Assembly: GCA_937951615.1 (NCBI GenBank)
Contig: CALFBH010000004.1
Span: 63,228 to 127,227 of the forward strand
Reading direction: 5' to 3'
Length of the DNA: 64,000 nucleotides
Source: an uncultured Saprospiraceae bacterium
GTDB taxonomy: Bacteria; Bacteroidota; Bacteroidia; Chitinophagales; Saprospiraceae
Positions 1 through 8,919 of the stretch are shown here, piece after piece (within the stretch, counting starts at the first letter, position 1; each line of letters starts with the position of its first letter). Position numbers and translations under genes: made by a program. Under the pieces are notes generated by a model. It worked only from the letters and a program-made list of their open reading frames with translations. It searched no databases and was not told the origin of the DNA.

Positions 1-3000
1 CAAGTCGCTTCTGTTGCCACTAAATCCATCACAACCGCTGTTGGTTCATCAATTGTTACCGTTGCGATTGCAGTACATCCATTGGCATCAGTTACTGTTA
101 CATCATAAGTACCAAAGCCTAGATTGAGCGCAGTCTGTGCTGTTTGGAAACCTGTATTGGATGACCATTGATAGGTATAACTCGGCACACCGCCCACAGG
201 CTCTACACTCACAAAACCATCTTGTTCTCCATTGCAACTCGGCCCTTGCCCTGTCGCTGTCAGTGTCAGTGGTGTATCTGGTCCTGTTACCGTAATATTG
301 ATTGGTGGTAAGCTACAACCATTGGCATCCGTTACTATTACAACATAAACATCTGCCATCAATCCGGTAATGCTGGAACTTGCTCCAGCATCATTAGCAA
401 TTACAGTACCTCCAAATGACCATTCATAAGTATAAGAAGGCGTACCTCCCGAAGGTGTAATCGTTGCCGTACCATCATCTCCACCAAAACAACTGACTGG
501 TTCAGAAGTCACGATGCCAGGCAGCAGGGCTGCAGGCTGACCAATCACCAATACTTCTGTTTCGAGGCAGCCATTGGCATCAGTCACAGAAACCGTATGT
601 GGCCCAGGACAAAGGAAATTTGCGGTCGTCGTCGTTTGTCCGTTGTCCCATTGATAGGTATAATTCCCTGCTCCACCACTTGCAGCTACAGTAGCCGCTC
701 CATCACAAATACCAACACAAGTGGCATCCTGTGTGGTAACATTGAGTGTAATTGCAGTAGGTTCATTTAAGGTCAAGTTATCGTTAATGGTACAGCCATT
801 CGCATCTGTTACGATGAGTGAATGATTGCCAGCTCCCAAACCTGTTGCTGTTGCACTAGTTTGTCCATTGCTCCAAAGGTAAGTGTAAGGCATTGTTCCG
901 CCATTCACGCTTGCTGTGATACTTCCATCTGTTCCATTTGCACAAAGCGGATCCATTCCAGTCAGGTTCAGTCCTAATGCAGTTGGCTCGTTGATGGTCA
1001 CATCAGCCGTTTCTATACAACCATTCAGATCAGTTACCGTGACGGTATGTGTGCCAACGGGCAGCATCACTGCGGTCTGCGTCACTTCGCCACTGCCCCC
1101 CCAGTTATACACATAAGGCGCAGTTCCGCCTGTCACCAGTGCTGTTGCAACACCATTTGCCTGTCCATTACAAAGCACGTCATTTGCATTGGTCATATTG
1201 ACAAATAAAGGCGTTGGTTCTGTAATCGTTGCTGTTTCTATCGTTGTACAAGCATTTGCATCAGCTACCGTTACTGTGTAAGTACCCGCTGCGAGTCCAT
1301 TCACCGTTTGTGTAATTGCAGCACCTGCGTTTGCACTCCATTGGTAAGTATATAGACCACTTGGTCCAGGTGTCCCGCCGGATGCTGTTGCTGTTGCTGT
1401 TCCATCATTGCCGCCATTGCAATTTACATTAGTTGTAGTAATAGCTGCGCTCACAGGCATTGGTTCTGTGATCGTTACACCACCTGTATCTGTACAGCCA
1501 TTCGCATCCGTCACGGTGACGATATGATTTCCAACTGGAAGATTTGTTGCTATTGCGGTAGTTTGTCCGCCTGCTCCAGCACTCCATAGGTAAGTATAAT
1601 TTCCTGCGGCATCAGGTGTACCTCCACTCGCAACAACGGCTGCTTCGGCATCATTACCGCCATTACAAGTTACCTGGGCATTGATATTTAAAATAAGATT
1701 CAAAGCCGAAGGTTCAGTGATCATCACTGATTCCACTAATGCACAGCCATTCATGTCAGTTACGGTCACATCATGTGTACCAGCCGCCAATCCTGTCGCT
1801 ACCGCTGTATTCTGATTGCCTGCGCTTACACTCCATTCGTAAGTATAACCTGGTATTCCGCCTGTTGCTGTTGCTGTTGCTTGTCCGTTTGTGCCGCCAT
1901 TACAATTGATGTTATTGTCCACATTCGCGCTAAGCACTAATACAGGTGGATCGGATACCGTTACTGATGCTGGTACAGCACAGCCGTTCGCATCAGTTAC
2001 CGTTACATCGTGTGTGCCTGCTGGCAAACCTGTTGCTGTTATTGAAGTTTGACTTCCTGCACTTGCACTCCATAGATAGGTATAAACACCTCCTGGCAGT
2101 GGTGTACCTCCTGAAGCATTCACAGTAGCTGCTCCATCACTGCCGCCTGCGCAACTCACATCGCTATCCAGACTGACGGACACACCAAGGGCTGGTGGGT
2201 CAAACATCGTTACACTTCCAGATGTTACGCAGCCATTCGCATCAGTCACGGTGACGTCATGTGTACCAACTGGCAAGTTGGTCACCGAAGCTGTCGTCTG
2301 ACTTGCTGCACTTGCACTCCATAGATACGTGTAGCCTGGCGTACCGCCGACTACGTTGGCTGTTGCAGCACCATCAGCATCTCCAGGACAACTGACTGGA
2401 TTATCTGGTGTTATGGTTAGAATGAGTACCAAAGGCTCTGTCAGTGTGACCTCTGCTGTTGCAGTACATCCATTGGCATCAGTTACCGTGACACCATTTA
2501 CGCCGGCACTCAATCCTGATGTTGTGGCTGTTGTTTGTCCGTTCTCCCATTCGTAAGAATAATTTCCTGCTGCATCGGGCGTACCACCTGCTGCTGTAGC
2601 TGTTGCTTCTCCATCTGCACCGCCATTACAATTTACATCATTATCTACGCTTGCGCTAATGGTTAAGACAGTTGGTTCAGTTAATGTTACATTATCAGCA
2701 ATGGTACATCCGTTGGCGTCCGTTATGGTCACGCCATGTGTTCCGACAGGAAGGTCAATCGCTGTTGCGGTGAGCTGGTTGCCTGCACTCGCACTCCACA
2801 AGTAAGTATAAGGAGCTGTTCCAGCTCCGGCAGTGGCTGTTGCCTGACCATCTATACCGCCATTACAAGTCACATCATTATCATTTGATACACTTAGCGT
2901 TAATGCAGTAGGTTCAGTGATGGTGACATTGCCCGTTGCCGTACATCCATTATCGTCTGTTACGGTTATATCGTGTGTGCCTACGGGCAAATTGAAAGCA

Positions 3001-6000
3001 GTTGCTGTCGTTTGACTTGCTGCGCCTACACTCCATTGGTAGGTATAATTACCAGCGGCATCAGGCGTTCCACCTGTAGCTGTTGCTGTTGCTTGTCCGT
3101 TTGTGCCGCCATTACAACTTACATCATTGTCCACTGTCGTGGAAATGGTGAGCAGGGTTGGCTCTGCAATATTTACCGAAGATGTGATGGTACAAGCATT
3201 GGCATCTGTTACAGTTACCGAATGTGTTCCTGCAGGAAGATTGGAAGCAGTCGCGCTCGTCTGTCCACCTGCGCTGGCACTCCATTCGTAAGTATAGCCT
3301 GGTGTTCCACCGCCGCCATTGGCAGTAGCTTGTCCGTCTGCTGCGCCATTACAGGAGACTTCATTGTCTATATTTGTTCCAATGGTCATTGCAGCGGGTT
3401 CATTGATGACATATTGGAAATTTGCCTCACAACCTGCGGCATCAGAAACAGTTACAAAATAAGTATCCGCAGAGAGGTTAGTCGCTGTTGCTGTATTGCC
3501 TGTTGCTGCATTCGCAGACCAGGTAAAACTATAAGGCAAATTCGGACTTCCAATCGGTGCTGTGGTGATGCTTCCAGAGGCTACTCCATTACACAGTGCA
3601 TCAGTTGCTGTACCGTTGTCTGTTATTGTGACACTCGCGCCTACAGACTGGTTGGCTGTAGTTGTACAGCCATTAGCGTCTGTTATCGTTACCTCATAAC
3701 TTCCAGGGTTGAGGTCAGTTGGGTTTGGAATATTTAAAGTATTATCGTGTGACCAGGCATAGGTGTATGGCAATGTGCCACCACTTGGATTTGTGGTAAG
3801 CTGCCCATCCAGACTGCCCTGGCAACTGGCGTCTGCATTCAGGGTAATATTTGCGGTAAGCAAATTAGGTTCAAATAATGTGGTACTCGCAAATGACATA
3901 CAGCCATTCCCGTCTGTTACCGTCAGTCCATAAAAACCTGCTACCAAACCTGTAATATCTTGTGTCGTCTGTCCATTCGACCAGACAAAAGTATAAGGTG
4001 GTGTTCCACCTGTTCCAACTCCATCTATGCTTCCAGTATTTTCACCAAAACAAAGCGGGCTGGTTTCATTATTCAAAATAGCTCCAAGAAGTGGTGGCTG
4101 CTCAACAACATCAGAAGCAAAAGCCATGCAGCCATTAGCGTCTGTCACTGTAACAGTATAAGTTCCTGGCGTTAGTCCGCCTACCGTCTGACTGGTCAGT
4201 ACTGTTCCTGACCAAGTGTAAGCATAAGGTAAAACGCCACCTGTAGGATTGGCAGTGATACTACCGTCCATTCCATTATTACAAGTAACACTATCTGCAA
4301 CTGCTGTGGTCGTAAGCAACATAGGTTCTGCAATGTTTACTTCATCTGTAGCCACACATCCTTGATTATCGGTCACTGTAACCGTATAATTTCCTGGTGC
4401 TAGATTACTGACCGACTGAGTAGTCGCGCCATTGGGTAACCAGCTATAAGCATAAGGTGCTGTGCCGCTTCCTGGCAAGACGGTAGCTGTGCCATCATTC
4501 GCACCATTACAAAGCACATCAGTTGAACTGGCTACTGCTGTTGGTGCATTTACACAAGTACAGCCTGTCAGCGTAAGTGTAGTAAAGTTCAGTAAATCAC
4601 ATTGTCCTGTCCCTAGTCCATCGCTGGTAATCGAGAATACATAATTACCATCTTCCGCACCTGTGAATGTAATGGGTGTTCCTGTTCCCATCACTGTTCC
4701 ACCACTTGGTGTAGTGAATGACCAAGAATAGTCAGCTGTTGCATCGACACTTGGAAAACCACCAGTCAAATCAACAGATACATCACAGTTATTTTGGGTC
4801 GCATTGAAGGATAATGGAGGGTTCATATAAATGGTGTAACCAGCACTCAAACCTGTACAAGCAGGATCAAATGATCCAGTCGTATTATTCGCTATAAAGG
4901 GTGCTACATAATAAGTAATTCCAGAGCCATCAGGTGTCAGCGTGACGCTTGTTCCTGCCACGCCCAAAACGCCCAGAAAATTAGCATCATCTCCCGGATT
5001 TTGATCCGGTGGTGTGCCGCCAGGTGGTACACCGCTTAGGCCAAATGGGTCGTTCAGCACCCATAATCCCCAAACAACATCAGGGAAGGTCGCGTTGGTT
5101 ACTTCATTTGTGGTTGATAAAACATAAGGTGCATCATCTGCACATAAATTGACCGTCGTTGGTGCTACGATTGTACCACCTGAAAGCGTACAACCTGCAC
5201 AAGTCACGGTGAAATCAATACTCTGCGTTCCCATACAATCATCCCCGTCATCCCAAGAATAAGTGACTGTGTAAGTTCCCGCAGTCAGTCCTGAAGGATC
5301 AAAAAATGCATATCCGCCGCCTACATCTCCAGTTACTCCCGTCCCTGTGAATGTAGCTGTTCCTGTTGGTGCGCCGACATTTACCGTGAAGCAGTTCATT
5401 ACTGTATTATCGAATGTTCCGCTTGTCATGATATTGCCATTGGCATAATCCACTACATCATAGGTAAATACACCTGTACCTGCATTATCGCACCATACGA
5501 TAGAATAATTTCCGCCAGGAGCAGGCGTAAAATACTCTCCATAACCAATAAAGTCTGTATTATTGGGTAAAGCACCGAGGTAATTTCCACCAATATTCGT
5601 TGGTCCCCAGTAGCCCAGTTGATTACCTGTACCATTGGGTCCATCCCATATTTCCAGTGAATTTTGTGTTGAGCCAAAACCGTCTGTTGTTACTTCTACG
5701 CCAAAAGAAGGCGTGATAAATCCATTTATTACAGGGTCAGGTCCTGACGTAGCGAATATCGAAATTGGTGAATCGGTACAATCTACTGTGGTCGGTAAGG
5801 TAAGGGGATTGCCTGATTGATCCAAAGCTTCAAAAGTCACTGTCCGGCAAGGCTGAATAATAGAGCAATCTGTCGCGCCTGTTCCGCCTGTTTGATTGGC
5901 AAAAATATCGGTGGGCATGTTGGAGAAGTTGGTAATTAAAAACACATAGACTTCACCAACCTGTCCATTTGGAATGGTTGCAACTTCTGTTTCCTGTGGA

Positions 6001-6452
6001 TCAAAACTACAATCTAGTCCATCTCCTGTCACGCAGCTATTTCCCGCATTTGTGCAGGATGCCGGATTGTCCGGGCAGCCATTACCAATAATCGGAACAC
6101 AGGCCAGCAAGTCTTCTGTTGCTGTCAAACTTCCACAAGTCCCCTGTGCTGTTGCCAAATCTGTAAATGGCCCGTACATAATGAAATCCACATCAAGGTT
6201 ATTAGAATTGGTCAAAGTGATTTCAATATCACCTGCTGTAGCTATTTCCAGATAATACCAAGCTGGATTGGGTTGGTCGATTAGGCAGCCATAAGTATTG
6301 CCGAGTTCAGCAGTGGTATTTGTACTTGCTGGAAATGAGGCTCCTGAATCTGTACAAAATGGCTCCATTGCGGCACAGGTAGCTCCTTGTGCGAATAGCT
6401 GGGCTGGTAATACAGTTATAATAAATAAAAATAATAGCGCGTAGTTTTTCAT
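1..6452 (-). CDS. Giant SprB-repeat surface protein/adhesin (probable T9SS cargo); 3' end runs off the window
   Basis: Missing from the ORF track because it has no stop in the window. ATG at 6452 gives MKNYALLFLFIITVLPAQLFAQ (signal peptide) and a Cys-rich N-domain (YGCLIDQPNPAWYY). Many repeats of CNGxxDGxATxxxxGGTxxYTYxW...TVTDANGC follow. The same frame is intact at 3-113 (GTYDVTVTDANGCTAIATVTIDEP). Confidence 0.9.
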   Translation of the reverse strand, partial: MKNYALLFLFIITVLPAQLFAQGATCAAMEPFCTDSGASFPASTNTTAELGNTYGCLIDQPNPAWYYLEIATAGDIEITLTNSNNLDVDFIMYGPFTDLATAQGTCGSLTATEDLLACVPIIGNGCPDNPASCTNAGNSCVTGDGLDCSFDPQETEVATIPNGQVGEVYVFLITNFSNMPTDIFANQTGGTGATDCSIIQPCRTVTFEALDQSGNPLTLPTTVDCTDSPISIFATSGPDPVINGFITPSFGVEVTTDGFGSTQNSLEIWDGPNGTGNQLGYWGPTNIGGNYLGALPNNTDFIGYGEYFTPAPGGNYSIVWCDNAGTGVFTYDVVDYANGNIMTSGTFDNTVMNCFTVNVGAPTGTATFTGTGVTGDVGGGYAFFDPSGLTAGTYTVTYSWDDGDDCMGTQSIDFTVTCAGCTLSGGTIVAPTTVNLCADDAPYVLSTTNEVTNATFPDVVWGLWVLNDPFGLSGVPPGGTPPDQNPGDDANFLGVLGVAGTSVTLTPDGSGITYYVAPFIANNTTGSFDPACTGLSAGYTIYMNPPLSFNATQNNCDVSVDLTGGFPSVDATADYSWSFTTPSGGTVMGTGTPITFTGAEDGNYVFSITSDGLGTGQCDLLNFTTLTLTGCTCVNAPTAVASSTDVLCNGANDGTATVLPGSGTAPYAYSWLPNGATTQSVSNLAPGNYTVTVTDNQGCVATDEVNIAEPMLLTTTAVADSVTCNNGMDGSITANPTGGVLPYAYTWSGTVLTSQTVGGLTPGTYTVTVTDANGCMAFASDVVEQPPLLGAILNNETSPLCFGENTGSIDGVGTGGTPPYTFVWSNGQTTQDITGLVAGFYGLTVTDGNGCMSFASTTLFEPNLLTANITLNADASCQGSLDGQLTTNPSGGTLPYTYAWSHDNTLNIPNPTDLNPGSYEVTITDANGCTTTANQSVGASVTITDNGTATDALCNGVASGSITTAPIGSPNLPYSFTWSANAATGNTATATNLSADTYFVTVSDAAGCEANFQYVINEPAAMTIGTNIDNEVSCNGAADGQATANGGGGTPGYTYEWSASAGGQTSATASNLPAGTHSVTVTDANACTITSSVNIAEPTLLTISTTVDNDVSCNGGTNGQATATATGGTPDAAGNYTYQWSVGAASQTTATAFNLPVGTHDITVTDDNGCTATGNVTITEPTALTLSVSNDNDVTCNGGIDGQATATAGAGTAPYTYLWSASAGNQLTATAIDLPVGTHGVTITDANGCTIADNVTLTEPTVLTISASVDNDVNCNGGADGEATATAAGGTPDAAGNYSYEWENGQTTATTSGLSAGVNGVTVTDANGCTATAEVTLTEPLVLILTITPDNPVSCPGDADGAATANVVGGTPGYTYLWSASAASQTTASVTNLPVGTHDVTVTDANGCVTSGSVTMFDPPALGVSVSLDSDVSCAGGSDGAATVNASGGTPLPGGVYTYLWSASAGSQTSITATGLPAGTHDVTVTDANGCAVPASVTVSDPPVLVLSANVDNNINCNGGTNGQATATATGGIPGYTYEWSVSAGNQNTAVATGLAAGTHDVTVTDMNGCALVESVMITEPSALNLILNINAQVTCNGGNDAEAAVVASGGTPDAAGNYTYLWSAGAGGQTTAIATNLPVGNHIVTVTDANGCTDTGGVTITEPMPVSAAITTTNVNCNGGNDGTATATASGGTPGPSGLYTYQWSANAGAAITQTVNGLAAGTYTVTVADANACTTIETATITEPTPLFVNMTNANDVLCNGQANGVATALVTGGTAPYVYNWGGSGEVTQTAVMLPVGTHTVTVTDLNGCIETADVTINEPTALGLNLTGMDPLCANGTDGSITASVNGGTMPYTYLWSNGQTSATATGLGAGNHSLIVTDANGCTINDNLTLNEPTAITLNVTTQDATCVGICDGAATVAASGGAGNYTYQWDNGQTTTTANFLCPGPHTVSVTDANGCLETEVLVIGQPAALLPGIVTSEPVSCFGGDDGTATITPSGGTPSYTYEWSFGGTVIANDAGASSSITGLMADVYVVIVTDANGCSLPPINITVTGPDTPLTLTATGQGPSCNGEQDGFVSVEPVGGVPSYTYQWSSNTGFQTAQTALNLGFGTYDVTVTDANGCTAIATVTIDEPTAVVMDLVATEAT

Positions 6453-6597
6453 GTTATCTTTTAATGAATATCGCAAAAATTCAATCTCCCTTTATATCCT
6501 GGCCTTATATGACCAACAATCCCGAATTATAAAATCCGGGATTGTTGGATGAGGGAGGGTACTTCTGGTGTCTCGTTAAAGTGTGTTTAGGTATTTA

Positions 6598-7026
6598 TCA
6601 ATGCCCGTCGCGGCGCATACTTCTGATTTGCTTCAGCTTTTCCAATGCAGCTTCATTTTTTTCCATCAGTATTGGATTGGTGTCTGGTGTGTTTTGGAGT
6701 TCAGCAATTTTAAGTTCAAAATTGCGTATCTTTCCATCTATATCTGCATAAATGCTCGGGCTGGCGTGAGATTTTAGCACAATGCCTTGCGAATTAGTGC
6801 TAGCCTGTTTTTCTTCTGCGCTTACTGCTTTTAGTGTTCGGGTTTGTTGATAGAGCGGCTGGGCAGTAGTTGCTGTTTTTTCGATTGGTTTATTTTCTTG
6901 AAGCACTTCTTTTTTGGCTGTTTTAGCAACAGGTTGAAGTGTATTTTTTTGCTGTGCAAAAGCATTGGTCGCCATAAAGCTCCAAATCATGCACAAAACA
7001 AACATATTTAAAACATATTTTATCAT
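6598..7026 (-). CDS. Small exported hypothetical protein upstream of the adhesin
   Basis: 142 aa; signal peptide ending NAFA-Q; C-terminal coiled-coil-like helices. Confidence 0.7.
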   Translation of the reverse strand: MIKYVLNMFVLCMIWSFMATNAFAQQKNTLQPVAKTAKKEVLQENKPIEKTATTAQPLYQQTRTLKAVSAEEKQASTNSQGIVLKSHASPSIYADIDGKIRNFELKIAELQNTPDTNPILMEKNEAALEKLKQIRSMRRDGH

Positions 7027-7251
7027 TCTTTAATATTTTGTTATTTTTTCAAAAAGCGTGTAAAAATACAACTTCAAAGCCAGAAAACAAAGCTGTCACA
7101 ATTTTACAATTACCCTTTAAGACCCTTTAAATCACCTTACTCCCCTATTATATCAATCTTTTTAGAAAGTTAAGGATTCGTTAACACAGCGAGGAATCAC
7201 GTAGAAAAGGATTGCCATTTAGAGTATGTCTAAAATAACATAACTATTTTG

Positions 7252-7259
7252 TACATTTG
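7252..7259 (+). promoter_or_regulatory. Bacteroidota -7 promoter element
   Basis: TACATTTG matches TAnnTTTG, about 25 nt upstream of the 7284 CDS. Confidence 0.5.
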
Positions 7260-7283
7260 ACGCCAATTTAAAATTCATAAAAA

Positions 7284-8639
7284 ATGACAATCGTTTTACC
7301 TATTTCAATCTATATTTTGCGTTGTGTAAAGGTAGTCTTGCTAATTTTCGGAATATTTCAACTAAATTCTTGCGTCATGCCTGAACCTTTTGAATACGTA
7401 GCTCCAGGCAAATGGCGGGCCACACTTCAATTGGAAGAGAAAGTCGGGCCAAAAGAATTTCAGCCGCGCAAGCGTACTGCCGAGTTTGAAATGGAAGAAG
7501 TAACTGATGGAGAATTACCTTTTAATTTTGAAGTCGTTTATGAAAATAAAGAAGACTTTCATATTGATATTTTCAATGGCACAGAACGCATTCGAGTAAA
7601 AAAGGAAGATATTATTGTCGGTAGAAATCTGGCAACAGGTCAGGACACCTTGCTTATTAATTTTCCACATTACGAATCTTATATCAAAGCAATTTATGAA
7701 GAGCGTGTAATGGAAGGCGAATGGGTCGTAGAAACCCGCCCAAATTACCGGATTCATTTCACCGCTTGGCATGGACAAAAACATCGTTTTACTACGCTTC
7801 GTAAAGCCCCCAAAACAGACGTCGGAGGTGAATGGGCAGTGACTTTTTCGGAAGACGATGATCCTTATATTGCGGTAGGTGAATTTCAGCAAGATGGCAA
7901 TCAGTTGGAAGGTACTTTTCGTACCGAAACGGGAGATTTTCGTTATTTAGAAGGAACGGTACAGGCAAATAAGCTCTATTTGTCCTGCTTTGATGGCGCT
8001 CATGCTTTTTTGTATGAAGCTAAAATACTGGAAGATGAATCATTGATTGGAGCGTTTTGGTCGGGCAAACATTATAAAACGACCTGGTCGGCAAAACGCG
8101 ACCCCGATTTCAAACTGACTAGTCCCAATGAGCTGACTTATTTGAAAGAAGGTTATGATAAGCTTAGTTTTAAATTTCCAGACATCAATGGCAAGATGGT
8201 TTCTATTGATGACGAGCAATATAAAGGCAAAGTCAAGCTGGTACAAATACTGGGCACCTGGTGTCCGAATTGCGCAGATGAAACACAGTTTTTATCTGAA
8301 TATTATAATAATCTGAAGTCGGATGACCTCGCTGTTATCGGGCTAGCTTATGAGAAACACCGTGAGCCAGAGAAAGCTAAAGTAGCCATAGAACGATTTA
8401 TTCAGCGTTTTGATGTCCAATATGATGTACTCTTTGCCAATGGTTCTTCGTCCAAACAGGAAGCTGCCGAAACGCTGCCGATGCTTAATGCTGTCATCTC
8501 CTACCCCACGATGATTTTCATTGACAAAAATAATAAAGTCCGACGTATTCATACGGGCTTTGAAGGTCCGGCAACAAGTCGTTATCAAGAATTTACTCAG
8601 GAGTTTGATACTTTTGTAAAAGGATTGCTTGCGGAATGA
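7284..8639 (+). CDS. TlpA/ResA-like thiol-disulfide oxidoreductase lipoprotein
   Basis: Lipobox LNSC; C-terminal thioredoxin fold with GTWCPNC and cis-Pro motif ISYPT. Confidence 0.85.
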   Translation: MTIVLPISIYILRCVKVVLLIFGIFQLNSCVMPEPFEYVAPGKWRATLQLEEKVGPKEFQPRKRTAEFEMEEVTDGELPFNFEVVYENKEDFHIDIFNGTERIRVKKEDIIVGRNLATGQDTLLINFPHYESYIKAIYEERVMEGEWVVETRPNYRIHFTAWHGQKHRFTTLRKAPKTDVGGEWAVTFSEDDDPYIAVGEFQQDGNQLEGTFRTETGDFRYLEGTVQANKLYLSCFDGAHAFLYEAKILEDESLIGAFWSGKHYKTTWSAKRDPDFKLTSPNELTYLKEGYDKLSFKFPDINGKMVSIDDEQYKGKVKLVQILGTWCPNCADETQFLSEYYNNLKSDDLAVIGLAYEKHREPEKAKVAIERFIQRFDVQYDVLFANGSSSKQEAAETLPMLNAVISYPTMIFIDKNNKVRRIHTGFEGPATSRYQEFTQEFDTFVKGLLAE

Positions 8640-8644
8640 ACGGA

Positions 8645-8910
8645 TTAAGTTTAAGTTTAAGTATAAGATTAAGTTTAAATTATTACTTTCGTAAAATTGC
8701 TGAATTATGAATAAGTTTAAGTACAAGATTAAGTTTAAGTTTAAAACGATATAGAATGCTGGTAATTAGTTTTTTATTCAAAATTTAAATTATAGATAAT
8801 TCTGTTCAATTACTTACCCTTAATTACTAATAACCAAATAACCAAATACCCCAATTACTAATAACCAATACCCCAGTTACCAAATACCCCAATTCCCTAA
8901 TCACTAATAC
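8645..8910. repeat. Intergenic short-tandem-repeat blocks (AAGTTT/AAGATT and TAACCAAATACCCCAAT types)
   Basis: Visible degenerate 6-8 bp repeats; related blocks occur at about 11648-11690, 31051-31080, 36220-36250 and 50138-50197. Confidence 0.7.
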
Positions 8911-8919
8911 ACAACATAG

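Noticed and set aside
916..6255. Many plus-strand ORFs, including a Cys-rich 254-aa ORF at 2973-3737
   Set aside because: They are antisense shadows of the repetitive minus-strand SprB gene.
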